48,026 nucleotides of DNA from Bacteroidia bacterium (GTDB taxonomy: Bacteria; Bacteroidota; Bacteroidia; Palsa-965): the NCBI GenBank assembly GCA_044448685.1, contig JBIOHC010000030.1, forward strand, positions 1 through 48,026, given 5' to 3'. Positions 29,333-37,863 of the stretch are shown in pieces. Every line of letters starts with the position of its first letter. The stretch's first letter is position 1. A model generated the notes under the pieces. It worked only from the letters and a program-made list of their open reading frames with translations, was not told the DNA's origin and searched no databases. Both the position numbers and the translations under genes were made by a program.

Positions 29333-29974
29333 ATGAAACACGCACTTCTTTTTATCACCGGGTTCTCTCTTTTTTTGACAGTATCTGCTCAGAACAAGCG
29401 GTTCACTGCATCGATGGAGAAGAATATAAAAATGATGGATACCTGTAAGTCTGCCCCGTCTTATCAACAGGTGGCCAATGGCTTTGAACGTATAGCCAAT
29501 GCCGAAAAGAAGGAATGGCTGCCTTCGTATTATGCATCCCTTTGCCATGTTTTTATGGCAACGTCAATGACGGGAGATAAAATTGATGAGTACTGTGATA
29601 TTGCCGAACGTTTCGCTACGAAAGCCGATTCCCTGAGTCCGAATAATTCTGAAATATATGCACTGAAAGCGCTGATCTATTCCTCCCGTATTGGGGTGAA
29701 CCCCATGCTGAGAGGAGCCAAATTCGGTGGGATGTCGGGTGAGGCAAGTGCCAAAGCCAAGGAGCTTGACCCTTCCAACCCCCGTCCATACCTGCTTCAG
29801 GCACAAGGCAAATACTATACCCCTCCCCAGTTTGGCGGTGGTAAGGACAAAGCCCTTCCCCTCTTCGAAGAAGCGGTGAAGAAATATGATGCTTTCAAAC
29901 TAATCAGTCCCATAAACCCAAACTGGGGCAAGGAAAGAGCAAAGATGCTGCTGGAGGAGTGCCAGAAAAAGTAA
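29333..29974 (+). CDS. Hypothetical secreted, all-helical protein downstream of the TBDR
   Basis: Signal peptidase I-type signal peptide 'FSLFLTVSAQN'; 25 bp from the TBDR stop; no recognisable motif. Confidence 0.5.
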   Translation: MKHALLFITGFSLFLTVSAQNKRFTASMEKNIKMMDTCKSAPSYQQVANGFERIANAEKKEWLPSYYASLCHVFMATSMTGDKIDEYCDIAERFATKADSLSPNNSEIYALKALIYSSRIGVNPMLRGAKFGGMSGEASAKAKELDPSNPRPYLLQAQGKYYTPPQFGGGKDKALPLFEEAVKKYDAFKLISPINPNWGKERAKMLLEECQKK

Positions 29975-29980
29975 TCCCTA

Positions 29981-30107
29981 GCGAATTGAAAGTCTGTTCT
30001 CGCGAATTCAGCGTCAGTTCTCACGAATAGAGTGTCTTCTCTCGCGAATTGAATGTCTTCTTTCGCGCAATGAATGTCTGTTCTCACGAATTGAGTGTCT
30101 CTAAGTC
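29981..30107. repeat. Six imperfect tandem copies of a ~21-bp unit (consensus ~GCGAATTGARTGTCTKTTCTC)
   Basis: Units start at 29981, 30002, 30024, 30044, 30065 and 30087, read directly from the sequence. Confidence 0.85.
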
Positions 30108-30112
30108 TTTAT

Positions 30113-30128
30113 ACGTATTTAAATACGT
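30113..30128. repeat. 16-bp perfect palindrome ACGTATTTAAATACGT flanked by direct repeats GTCTTTATACG
   Basis: The self-complementary 16-mer has flanking 11-bp direct repeats at 30104..30114 and 30127..30137. Confidence 0.85.
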
Positions 30129-30161
30129 CTTTATACGGATGAAATCCTCTTATTCCGGCAT

Positions 30162-30169
30162 TATATTTG
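30162..30169 (+). promoter_or_regulatory. -7 element candidate TATATTTG upstream of the amidohydrolase gene
   Basis: Matches TAnnTTTG, 29 bp upstream of the ATG at 30199. Confidence 0.35.
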
Positions 30170-30198
30170 CCCATTTAACGGACAAAACAAAAATTAGT

Positions 30199-31533
30199 AT
30201 GAATCTAAAACATAAAATCCTCTTTATTCTTCTTTCAGTGCTAGGATTGGAGAAAGGCTATACCCAGCATCCTGAACAAACCATTGCATTCACGGAAGTG
30301 AATGTAATACCTATGGATAAGGACCATGTATTGAAGAATCAGACTGTTCTTATAAGAGGAAGTAAAATAATGCTGGTTGGCAATACAGCCGATATCAAAC
30401 TGCCTTCTGATGCACGGATTATATCAGCCAAAGGAATGTACCTCATTCCCGGTCTGGCCGATATGCATGCTCACCTTCCTGCGGGTGATGCAGGAGATAT
30501 AGGCATGGTGGATTACCTCAAACTGAACCTTATCAGAGGAATAACGACCCTTCGCAGTATGAGAGGAGACACTAAACAGCTTGCTCTCCGGGACAGTCTG
30601 CGTAAGAATCTGATAGCCGGGCCGGACTTATTCCTGGCCTCACCGGTATTACCTCCCGATAAGGATCTGAATCCTGATCTGGCCCGTACACTGATAAAGA
30701 AGTATAAACAGGAAGATTTTGATTTTATCAAATACCTCTATACGCTCAACCCGGCCTTGTATGATTCGGTTATGACAATAGCATCTAAAGAACATATCCG
30801 GGTTGCAGGGCATTGTCCAAAGGCAGGACTGGAAGCGGCCCTCCTTAACGGTCAGGCATCGGTAGAGCATCTGGATGGTTTTCTTGAACTATATAAAAAA
30901 GACAGCGCTAAATTCAGGGAAACAGTTCATAAAATGGGCCTGGCGGGTATTTGTGCATGTCCTGATATTCAATGGTATTACCTGTCATGGAATCAGCTTG
31001 GACTTGAACAGCTTGATGGAAGGAAGGGGATGAACTTATTATCTCCCGAACTTGTAGGGCATTGGGATTCTGCTTACAGGGCTTCTTATACAGAGCATAT
31101 GAAAAACAAGCCTGAATTTATTAAAATCCGTAACGGTCACCGCAAAGACCTTGAAATGTCGGCCCGCATGCTGGCTACTATGCAGGAGCAAGGATTGTCC
31201 TTGCTTTTAAGTCCGGGTGACGGACCTTATGTGGTTCCCGGATTCAGTATGCTGGAGGAATGCAGGAATTTTATAGCCTCTGGAATCTCTCCTTATGAAA
31301 CCCTCAGGGCAGGTACAGTGAATGCCTCTGCTTTTTTCAAAGCAGAAAAGGAATGGGGTACTATAGAGCAGGGCAAAAAGGCTGATCTGGTACTTCTTCG
31401 ATCCAATCCGCTTGATAATCTGGATAGTCTGGATCAGATAAACGGGGTGATGACAAGGGGTGTCTGGTATTCAGCAGAAGAGCTGGAAAAGATACAAACA
31501 GAGCTGAAGGAACGCTATAACAGAAAGAAATAA
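30199..31533 (+). CDS. Secreted amidohydrolase-family (metal-dependent hydrolase) protein
   Basis: Signal peptide 'MNLKHKILFILLSVLG'. 'GLADMHAHLP' is an amidohydrolase metal-binding motif. The ORF-track start at 30049 runs through the repeat array and is probably not used. Confidence 0.72.
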   Translation: MNLKHKILFILLSVLGLEKGYTQHPEQTIAFTEVNVIPMDKDHVLKNQTVLIRGSKIMLVGNTADIKLPSDARIISAKGMYLIPGLADMHAHLPAGDAGDIGMVDYLKLNLIRGITTLRSMRGDTKQLALRDSLRKNLIAGPDLFLASPVLPPDKDLNPDLARTLIKKYKQEDFDFIKYLYTLNPALYDSVMTIASKEHIRVAGHCPKAGLEAALLNGQASVEHLDGFLELYKKDSAKFRETVHKMGLAGICACPDIQWYYLSWNQLGLEQLDGRKGMNLLSPELVGHWDSAYRASYTEHMKNKPEFIKIRNGHRKDLEMSARMLATMQEQGLSLLLSPGDGPYVVPGFSMLEECRNFIASGISPYETLRAGTVNASAFFKAEKEWGTIEQGKKADLVLLRSNPLDNLDSLDQINGVMTRGVWYSAEELEKIQTELKERYNRKK

Positions 31534-31596
31534 GCGGGTCAGGAGGCAGGCTAAGGGATCCGTGTAAATTCTTACTTTTGGATATAAAACTATTCC

Positions 31597-32187
31597 ATGC
31601 CTAACCTAACTATACGTCAGAACTTACTGGAGGCACAGTCTGTTCTTACCTCATTCATTTTAGATGAGCGCAATATTCAAAAGATAGAAGCTGCCGGAGA
31701 TATTATGATACAGGCAATGAAAGAAGGCGGAAAAGTTATTTCCTGCGGCAACGGAGGATCCATGTGCGATGCCATGCATTTTGCAGAAGAGCTGAGCGGC
31801 AAGTTCCGTGAACACCGGCGTGCCCTGCCCGCCATTTCCATATCGGACCCTTCTCATCTTTCCTGTGTCGGTAATGATTACGGGTATGATTTTGTATTCT
31901 CCCGTTTTATTGAAGGGCTTGGCCGGTCCGGAGACGTATTGCTGGCTATTTCCTCCAGCGGGAATTCGGAAAATGTAGTATTGGCAATGGAAGCTGCCCG
32001 GAGTGCAGGGATGAAGATAGTAGGGCTTACCGGCAAGGATGGAGGTCGTATGGCCGGACTTTGTGATGTGGAAATACGGGCGCCTCATTCAGCATTTGCC
32101 GACAGGGCCCAGGAAATTCATATTAAGGTTATTCATTCTCTTATTCACCATATTGAATTAAATATTCCCTCGCCTCAGGCGCTCTGA
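31597..32187 (+). CDS. gmhA: D-sedoheptulose-7-phosphate isomerase (SIS domain)
   Basis: '[20 protein letters not shown]' SIS/GmhA motif; 196 aa. Confidence 0.8.
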   Translation: MPNLTIRQNLLEAQSVLTSFILDERNIQKIEAAGDIMIQAMKEGGKVISCGNGGSMCDAMHFAEELSGKFREHRRALPAISISDPSHLSCVGNDYGYDFVFSRFIEGLGRSGDVLLAISSSGNSENVVLAMEAARSAGMKIVGLTGKDGGRMAGLCDVEIRAPHSAFADRAQEIHIKVIHSLIHHIELNIPSPQAL

Positions 32188-32253
32188 TTATTCCTTCCGT
32201 ATCCTGCGGCAGGTTAAGCCCTGTTCCCTCCTGGCAGGGATAGTATAACAGCC

Positions 32254-33792
32254 ATGTTTGTCAAAACTTTTGGGAGTGCAGTACAGGGTATACATGCCAC
32301 AACTGTTACCGTTGAAGTCAACCTAAGTGATGGGATCAACTTTTTAATGGTCGGTCTGCCCGACAGTGCAGTCAAGGAAAGTCACCAACGTATCGATTCA
32401 GCCCTCAAAAACAACGGCTATAAGATTCCCGGGAAAGCCATCACCATCAATATGGCCCCTGCCGATATACGCAAGGAAGGTTCAGCTTATGACCTTACCA
32501 TAGCCATGGGAATCCTGGCGGCATCGGGAAAAATAAATCTGGACAGGATAGAACATTTTATCATCATGGGCGAGTTAAGCCTTGATGGAAGTATACAGCC
32601 TATCAGAGGGGTTTTGCCTATTGCTATACAGGCTTGCAAGGAAGGATTTAAAGGGATGGTCCTGCCCCTTCAGAATGCCAGGGAAGCAGCAGTGGTGGAA
32701 GGACTGGAAGTGTATGGGGCAAGTCATCTTCAGGAAGTGATTTCATTTTTCAAAGAGGAGCCCGTACTGCAACGCACTGTGGTTGATCTGAACCTGGCCT
32801 TTACGCTTCAGCAGGAAGGAGGAGAGCTTGATTTCAGTGATGTAAAAGGGCAGGAGAATATCAAAAGAGCCCTTGAAATAGCCGCTGCAGGGGGACATAA
32901 TGTCATCCTTGTCGGGCCGCCCGGGGCGGGGAAAACCATGCTGGCTAAACGTCTTCCTACCATACTTCCACCCATGAATCTGAGTGAAGCCCTGGAAACA
33001 ACCAAGATACATTCTGTTGCCGGTAAAATGGGACGCTATACGGGTCTGGTAAGCATACGACCTTTCCGCTCCCCACATCATACTATCAGTGATGTGGCAT
33101 TGGTTGGAGGAGGCAGTGTACCCAAGCCCGGAGAAATAAGTCTGGCACATAACGGAGTACTCTTTCTGGATGAACTGCCTGAATTTAAACGAACGGTGCT
33201 GGAGGTGATGCGTCAGCCTCTGGAAGATCGTGTCATCACCATTTCCCGTGCCAGGCTTTCGGTTGAATATCCGGCCAGCTTTATGCTGGTAGCATCTATG
33301 AATCCATGCCCATGCGGATATTATAATCATCCGGAGAGAACCTGTGTTTGCGGACCCGGCATGGTTCAGAAATACCTGAACCGTATTTCGGGTCCATTGC
33401 TTGACCGGATTGATATACATGTGGAAGTAACCCCGGTCCCTTTCAGGGAGCTGTCGGAAAAAAGGAATACGGAAACCAGCGCCTTTATACGTAAGCGGGT
33501 GATGCTGGCGCGAAAAATTCAGGAAAAACGATATACCGGTCAGGAAAACATTCACTGCAATGCACAGATGAGCACCCGTCAGTTGCATACAATCTGTGCT
33601 CTGGATGAAGCAAGCAGTACGCTCCTGCGTACAGCCATGGAAAAGCTGGGCCTTTCGGCCAGGGCATATGACCGTATTCTGAAAGTGTCACGCACTATTG
33701 CCGATCTGGATAATTCTGAAAGCATTCAATCCGGTCATCTGGCAGAAGCGATTAATTACAGGAGTCTGGACAGGGAAGGGTGGGCAGGATAA
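32254..33792 (+). CDS. YifB/ComM-family Mg-chelatase-like AAA+ ATPase
   Basis: N-terminal Lon-like domain, Walker A 'GPPGAGKTM', and a C-terminal Zn-ribbon-like 'CPCGYYNHPERTCVC'. Confidence 0.88.
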   Translation: MFVKTFGSAVQGIHATTVTVEVNLSDGINFLMVGLPDSAVKESHQRIDSALKNNGYKIPGKAITINMAPADIRKEGSAYDLTIAMGILAASGKINLDRIEHFIIMGELSLDGSIQPIRGVLPIAIQACKEGFKGMVLPLQNAREAAVVEGLEVYGASHLQEVISFFKEEPVLQRTVVDLNLAFTLQQEGGELDFSDVKGQENIKRALEIAAAGGHNVILVGPPGAGKTMLAKRLPTILPPMNLSEALETTKIHSVAGKMGRYTGLVSIRPFRSPHHTISDVALVGGGSVPKPGEISLAHNGVLFLDELPEFKRTVLEVMRQPLEDRVITISRARLSVEYPASFMLVASMNPCPCGYYNHPERTCVCGPGMVQKYLNRISGPLLDRIDIHVEVTPVPFRELSEKRNTETSAFIRKRVMLARKIQEKRYTGQENIHCNAQMSTRQLHTICALDEASSTLLRTAMEKLGLSARAYDRILKVSRTIADLDNSESIQSGHLAEAINYRSLDREGWAG

Positions 33793-33869
33793 TGCCAGAG
33801 GGAGAATGAGAGCGAGAATGAAAAAGGGAAGAAATAGTTACCTGGATGACAGAGTGCAGGTGTGGGAGT

Positions 33870-35024
33870 CTACATCCCGGAAAGAATTTCCTTATAATAC
33901 TGCTCAAACATTTCAGTCCTCTTTGCAATATTGAATTCCTGTTCCACTTTTTCTCTGTTCTTCTTTAGTTTGCTGAATGACAGAATATCTTTCATTCGTT
34001 TAGCAAATTGAGCAATGTCATTCTCATTGACCAGATATCCATTCACTCCGTCTTCTACAAGTTCGGGTATGCCGGCATGCCGCGTTGAGATAACAGGCAA
34101 TTCCATGGCCATAGCTTCAGAAACAGCGGTTGGAATACCTTCTGTTCTGCCGTCAATTGTACGGCTGTGCTGCACAAAACATCCTGCCTCCAGCATGAGG
34201 TTCCGGGCTTGTGAAGGGGTAACCCAATTAAGGAATTCAACATGCTTTTCTATGCCCAGTTCGGCAGGTAACCTTCTCATCGCTTCGCAGGTTGGATCGT
34301 CATCTCCTCCAACAAAACGCAGTATGAAGTGCTCCGGGTTGGGAATGGTATTCAGAAAAATTTTAAAAGCACGAATGGCGCACTCCTGTCCCTTACGATA
34401 GGAAAAAGAAGCGATTTGTAAAAAGATAAACTTGTCCGTTGTTGGGTATTCGTTTTTACGGTCAAAAAAAACAAGGTTTACCCCGGTATGGATAATACGG
34501 TTTTCTTTGAAGAATATATTTTTTCTTTCCAGGTTATTCCGGAGGAATACTGTATTGCAGGTAGCATACCGGAATGACTGTTTGGTGAGTGCAACGAGCT
34601 TTCTGACATAGGAAGCTCTTGTCAGCTGTTCTGAAGCATCGTAACCCAGAAAATTGATCACCAGGGGGATTGCCCGGTTGTTTTTGTCAAGGTTATCGGT
34701 CAGGGTCAAGGCCTCTATTCCAAAATTGCATTGGATAATATCGGGTTTGAAAGATGTGATGACAGCATTAATCTGTTTGGCAAAAGAACGATCACGCCGG
34801 CTGAGGTACCACCCGTTTTTTTCAAGTATCCAGTGGGCTTTCCTGACCAGGCGATTTTTGATGTAGGGGGCAACCACCACATCCGGGTAACGAAAGGTGC
34901 CTGTTGCATCAATTTCGTTGCAGAGGTATTTAACAGTATGGTTCTTCGCCAGTCCCAGCAGGTCATTCTGAATGAAGGTGGTTGTCGGTCCGCCGAAACT
35001 TCCGCTAAACATCAGTATTCTCAT
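33870..35024 (-). CDS. Glycosyltransferase family 4 (GT-B, retaining)
   Basis: C-terminal 'EGIPTAVSEAMAMELPVISTRHAGIPELVEDGVNGYLV', which is an E-x7-E-type GT4 motif. Confidence 0.8.
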   Translation of the reverse strand: MRILMFSGSFGGPTTTFIQNDLLGLAKNHTVKYLCNEIDATGTFRYPDVVVAPYIKNRLVRKAHWILEKNGWYLSRRDRSFAKQINAVITSFKPDIIQCNFGIEALTLTDNLDKNNRAIPLVINFLGYDASEQLTRASYVRKLVALTKQSFRYATCNTVFLRNNLERKNIFFKENRIIHTGVNLVFFDRKNEYPTTDKFIFLQIASFSYRKGQECAIRAFKIFLNTIPNPEHFILRFVGGDDDPTCEAMRRLPAELGIEKHVEFLNWVTPSQARNLMLEAGCFVQHSRTIDGRTEGIPTAVSEAMAMELPVISTRHAGIPELVEDGVNGYLVNENDIAQFAKRMKDILSFSKLKKNREKVEQEFNIAKRTEMFEQYYKEILSGM

Positions 35025-35310
35025 AATTCCGGGCTTTGTTCTGGGCCGGTAAACTTAGGGAAAAGAGATTAAATATGAAAAAGCTGACCTTTTGTGTTGT
35101 TTTTAACCTTTCCGGAAATATTTTCATCAGAATGCAATAAAATAGTTTTTAGCCCGGCACTTCCTTGCCCTATAGAGCAGTTGGAATCCATTTTGGATCA
35201 GTTGTAAAGAATTGTCGACGAGTTACATTACCCTTTAAAGCGCTTTGAAAGGATGCCCTTTTCACAGGGCTACTGTGATTAAAAGCATAGCTTCTGGCCC
35301 GGAATTTGAA

Positions 35311-35318
35311 TAGGTTTG
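35311..35318 (+). promoter_or_regulatory. -7 element candidate TAGGTTTG
   Basis: Matches TAnnTTTG, 34 bp upstream of the ATG at 35353. Confidence 0.3.
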
Positions 35319-35352
35319 ATATCTGTTATTCCGCAAATCATTCGGATTTAAG

Positions 35353-35823
35353 ATGAAAACTATGACTAAATCAAAATGGATCCTTGCAGGTGCATTCCTG
35401 GCAAGTCTGTTTATAGTATTGCAAAGCTGTACAAAGAATAAAGAAAATGATATTAAAATAAGTGACAACGGAGGACACAGCCATCATGCCGGAGAGAATT
35501 GTATGAACTGCCATAAACAGGGTGGACCGGGGGATGGATGGTTTACCGTTGCCGGAACGGCCTATGACAGCATTTCAGGAAATACTGTTTCGGGTACTAC
35601 CGTTTACCTTTATACAGCCAGGAACGGAAGAGGTATTCTGAAACACACGCTGAATGGGGACGGGTCAGGGAATTTTTATACAACTGAGAATGTGGACTTT
35701 TCATCCGGACTATATCCTGTTGTGAAAGGGCCCAATGGCATTCGCTATATGACCACATCCATAACAATGGGTCAATGCAACAACTGCCACGGAATTTCCT
35801 CACCGAAAATCGTAGCTCCCTGA
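35353..35823 (+). CDS. Small lipoprotein with two CxxCH motifs flanking a beta-rich core (putative c-type cytochrome or metal-binding lipoprotein)
   Basis: Signal peptide with lipobox-like 'LQSC'; 'CMNCH' and 'CNNCH' motifs; the intervening segment is Gly/Thr-rich and beta-like. Confidence 0.5.
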   Translation: MKTMTKSKWILAGAFLASLFIVLQSCTKNKENDIKISDNGGHSHHAGENCMNCHKQGGPGDGWFTVAGTAYDSISGNTVSGTTVYLYTARNGRGILKHTLNGDGSGNFYTTENVDFSSGLYPVVKGPNGIRYMTTSITMGQCNNCHGISSPKIVAP

Positions 35824-35899
35824 GAGAACCCCTGCCTCTTTTCTTCTGGCTTAAATAGCTTAACTTTGACCTCCTGATTATAAACAGGAAGTACCCACT

Positions 35900-36802
35900 A
35901 TGATGTTGGTCAGGGTTACAGGAGGATTAGGCAATCAGCTGTTTCAGTTTGCACTTGGCACAAGCCTGGCACAACAGAATCATACGTTTCTGAAAATTGA
36001 TACCAGTCTCCTCCTTAACCGTTCAGAACCGCACGAAGTGGTTACGCACCGTGAGCTGGATCTGGATTTTGTTTTCAGGCTCGATTTGCAATTCGCCTCT
36101 GACTCTGAAATACGAGCCTTCAACGGTACAAGCTATACACACTTACCCGGAAAAATATACAATCGTTTACGCTGGGAATTGGGAAGAAAAAATAAGCTGG
36201 TGGTGGAAAATAAGCGAAGTTTTCAACCCGAAATACTCCGGCTGCCCGATAACCGGTGTCTTGTCGGGTCCTGGCAAAGTGAAAAGTATTTTTGGAGCCA
36301 CGCACAGGACATTCGCAACCGGCTTGTATTCAGGCATACGCTTGGTGCTGCTGATCTTGAACTCTCCGGACGTATCAGGGCTCAGCATTCGGTGTGCCTC
36401 AGTACGAGGAGGGGAGATTATGTCACCAGCCCTGTTTACAGCAAGACTCTTGGAGCCCTGCCTGCCGGTTATTTTGAGAGGGCTGTGGAAACCCTTATGG
36501 AGAAACGAAAAGTGGACTGTATCTATGTTTTTTCAGATGATGAGCAATGGGCAAGAGCCAATCTGAATTTTCCGGTTGAAACAGTTTTTGTGGATAAATC
36601 ACATTCGGGCCCCCGATACAGTACGAAGTTCCAGCTCATGACATGCTGCAAACATTTCATTATTCCCAATTCCACTTTCGGATGGTGGGCAGCATGGCTG
36701 GGTGCCGATCCGGAAAAAACTGTTGTAGCTCCTGCACAATGGTATAAAGACAGCGCTCTCGACGGGTCAGATATCGTTCCTCAATCCTGGTTAAAAATTT
36801 GA
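35900..36802 (+). CDS. GT11-family alpha-1,2-fucosyltransferase-like glycosyltransferase
   Basis: N-terminal 'GGLGNQLFQFA' is the hallmark GT11 motif; 300 aa. Confidence 0.78.
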   Translation: MMLVRVTGGLGNQLFQFALGTSLAQQNHTFLKIDTSLLLNRSEPHEVVTHRELDLDFVFRLDLQFASDSEIRAFNGTSYTHLPGKIYNRLRWELGRKNKLVVENKRSFQPEILRLPDNRCLVGSWQSEKYFWSHAQDIRNRLVFRHTLGAADLELSGRIRAQHSVCLSTRRGDYVTSPVYSKTLGALPAGYFERAVETLMEKRKVDCIYVFSDDEQWARANLNFPVETVFVDKSHSGPRYSTKFQLMTCCKHFIIPNSTFGWWAAWLGADPEKTVVAPAQWYKDSALDGSDIVPQSWLKI

Positions 36803-36805
36803 AGT

Positions 36806-37855
36806 TTATTCGGTGTAACTCTTCAACAGGGCAGCAACTCTTTCCACTTCTTCAGACGGAAGGCACGCTTCCGAGGAGAGTTCCAGAAAGGAAGCACCGG
36901 TTGCTTGCAGGTTCGGAAGTTTGTTAACAGCTTCCTTATCAGTTTGAATCGAATCCATGATGGAAAAGAACGGTATGTTCTTGGCATGCAGGAAAGTCTT
37001 TAGAGTATTCAGGTTTCCTTTCGCTTTAAAAATAATTTTGAAATAAAGTCCCTGTCTGTCATCATAGGCAACTTCAAACAAGGGATTGTCCGTAACGGCT
37101 TGTTCGAGCATTTTGTAGTTCAACTTCCTTTTATCCGAAAGGGTTTTTACGAGTGCCATGCAGGCCAGGGCTGCACTTTGCTGAAAAGCCGACATATGCC
37201 TGATCACTTTCCCGGGTGGGAAAAGTGAGAGTGCTTTCCGGGTAAAGATATCTGTCATACCCATCCTGTATCCGAGTATACGGGATTTAAGAAATAAGCG
37301 GCTTAGCCTGTCCTGAGCAAAAGAGGATGCCGGGATTTTTTCCAGTGCGTCCTTACTTATACCCCGGATGATGGCTCCACCGGCTGCCGTTGTCGATTTA
37401 CCCGGACCGAAGGAATAGACAATACCTGATCCGTAACTCAGAATTGTTTCATCAATACCATAACTCTGGGCAGCATCGTGAAGGAGAAAAAGTTTTTTGT
37501 CCTTACACAGATTCATGATTTGTGCAGAATCCGGATGTATAAACCCGAACATATGAACCAGAATGACTATTGGAACCTGTCCGGAAAGAATATCAGGATG
37601 CGAATAATCGGTCCAGAAAGCTCCGTCAGTTTTCAGATCCAGATACACGGGACTGAATCCCTCTTCCAGAACCGCTTCTTTAAGTGAATCACATACAAAG
37701 GCCGGAAGTGCCACTTTCGTTCCCAGTGCCTGTTTGTAGGATTTTAATAACAGGCGAATGGCATTTTTCCCGCTGTTTACACCGTAATAAGGGAATGTAG
37801 CAGCAGCCGGATTAAAGGAGGTAAGGATGGAAGGGAAATAGTAATTCGTATACAC
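36806..37855 (-). CDS. DegT/DnrJ/EryC1/StrS-family PLP-dependent (sugar) aminotransferase; start probably the GTG at 37855
   Basis: 'HDAAQSYGI' and 'YSFGPGKSTTAAGGAII' (PLP-Lys) motifs. The ORF-track start at 37933 overlaps the upstream lipoprotein gene by 70 nt, whereas an in-frame GTG lies 8 nt after that gene's stop. Confidence 0.62.
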   Translation of the reverse strand: MYTNYYFPSILTSFNPAAATFPYYGVNSGKNAIRLLLKSYKQALGTKVALPAFVCDSLKEAVLEEGFSPVYLDLKTDGAFWTDYSHPDILSGQVPIVILVHMFGFIHPDSAQIMNLCKDKKLFLLHDAAQSYGIDETILSYGSGIVYSFGPGKSTTAAGGAIIRGISKDALEKIPASSFAQDRLSRLFLKSRILGYRMGMTDIFTRKALSLFPPGKVIRHMSAFQQSAALACMALVKTLSDKRKLNYKMLEQAVTDNPLFEVAYDDRQGLYFKIIFKAKGNLNTLKTFLHAKNIPFFSIMDSIQTDKEAVNKLPNLQATGASFLELSSEACLPSEEVERVAALLKSYTE

Positions 37856-37863
37856 GTTCAGGA

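Noticed and set aside
29815-30087. 90-aa minus-strand ORF with a repetitive 'FARxD' peptide
   Set aside because: Its periodic sequence is just the translation of the 21-bp tandem DNA repeats. It is not a credible protein.
29981-30107. Possibility that the tandem repeats are a CRISPR array
   Set aside because: The units are contiguous with no unique spacers, they are degenerate rather than identical, and no cas genes are nearby.
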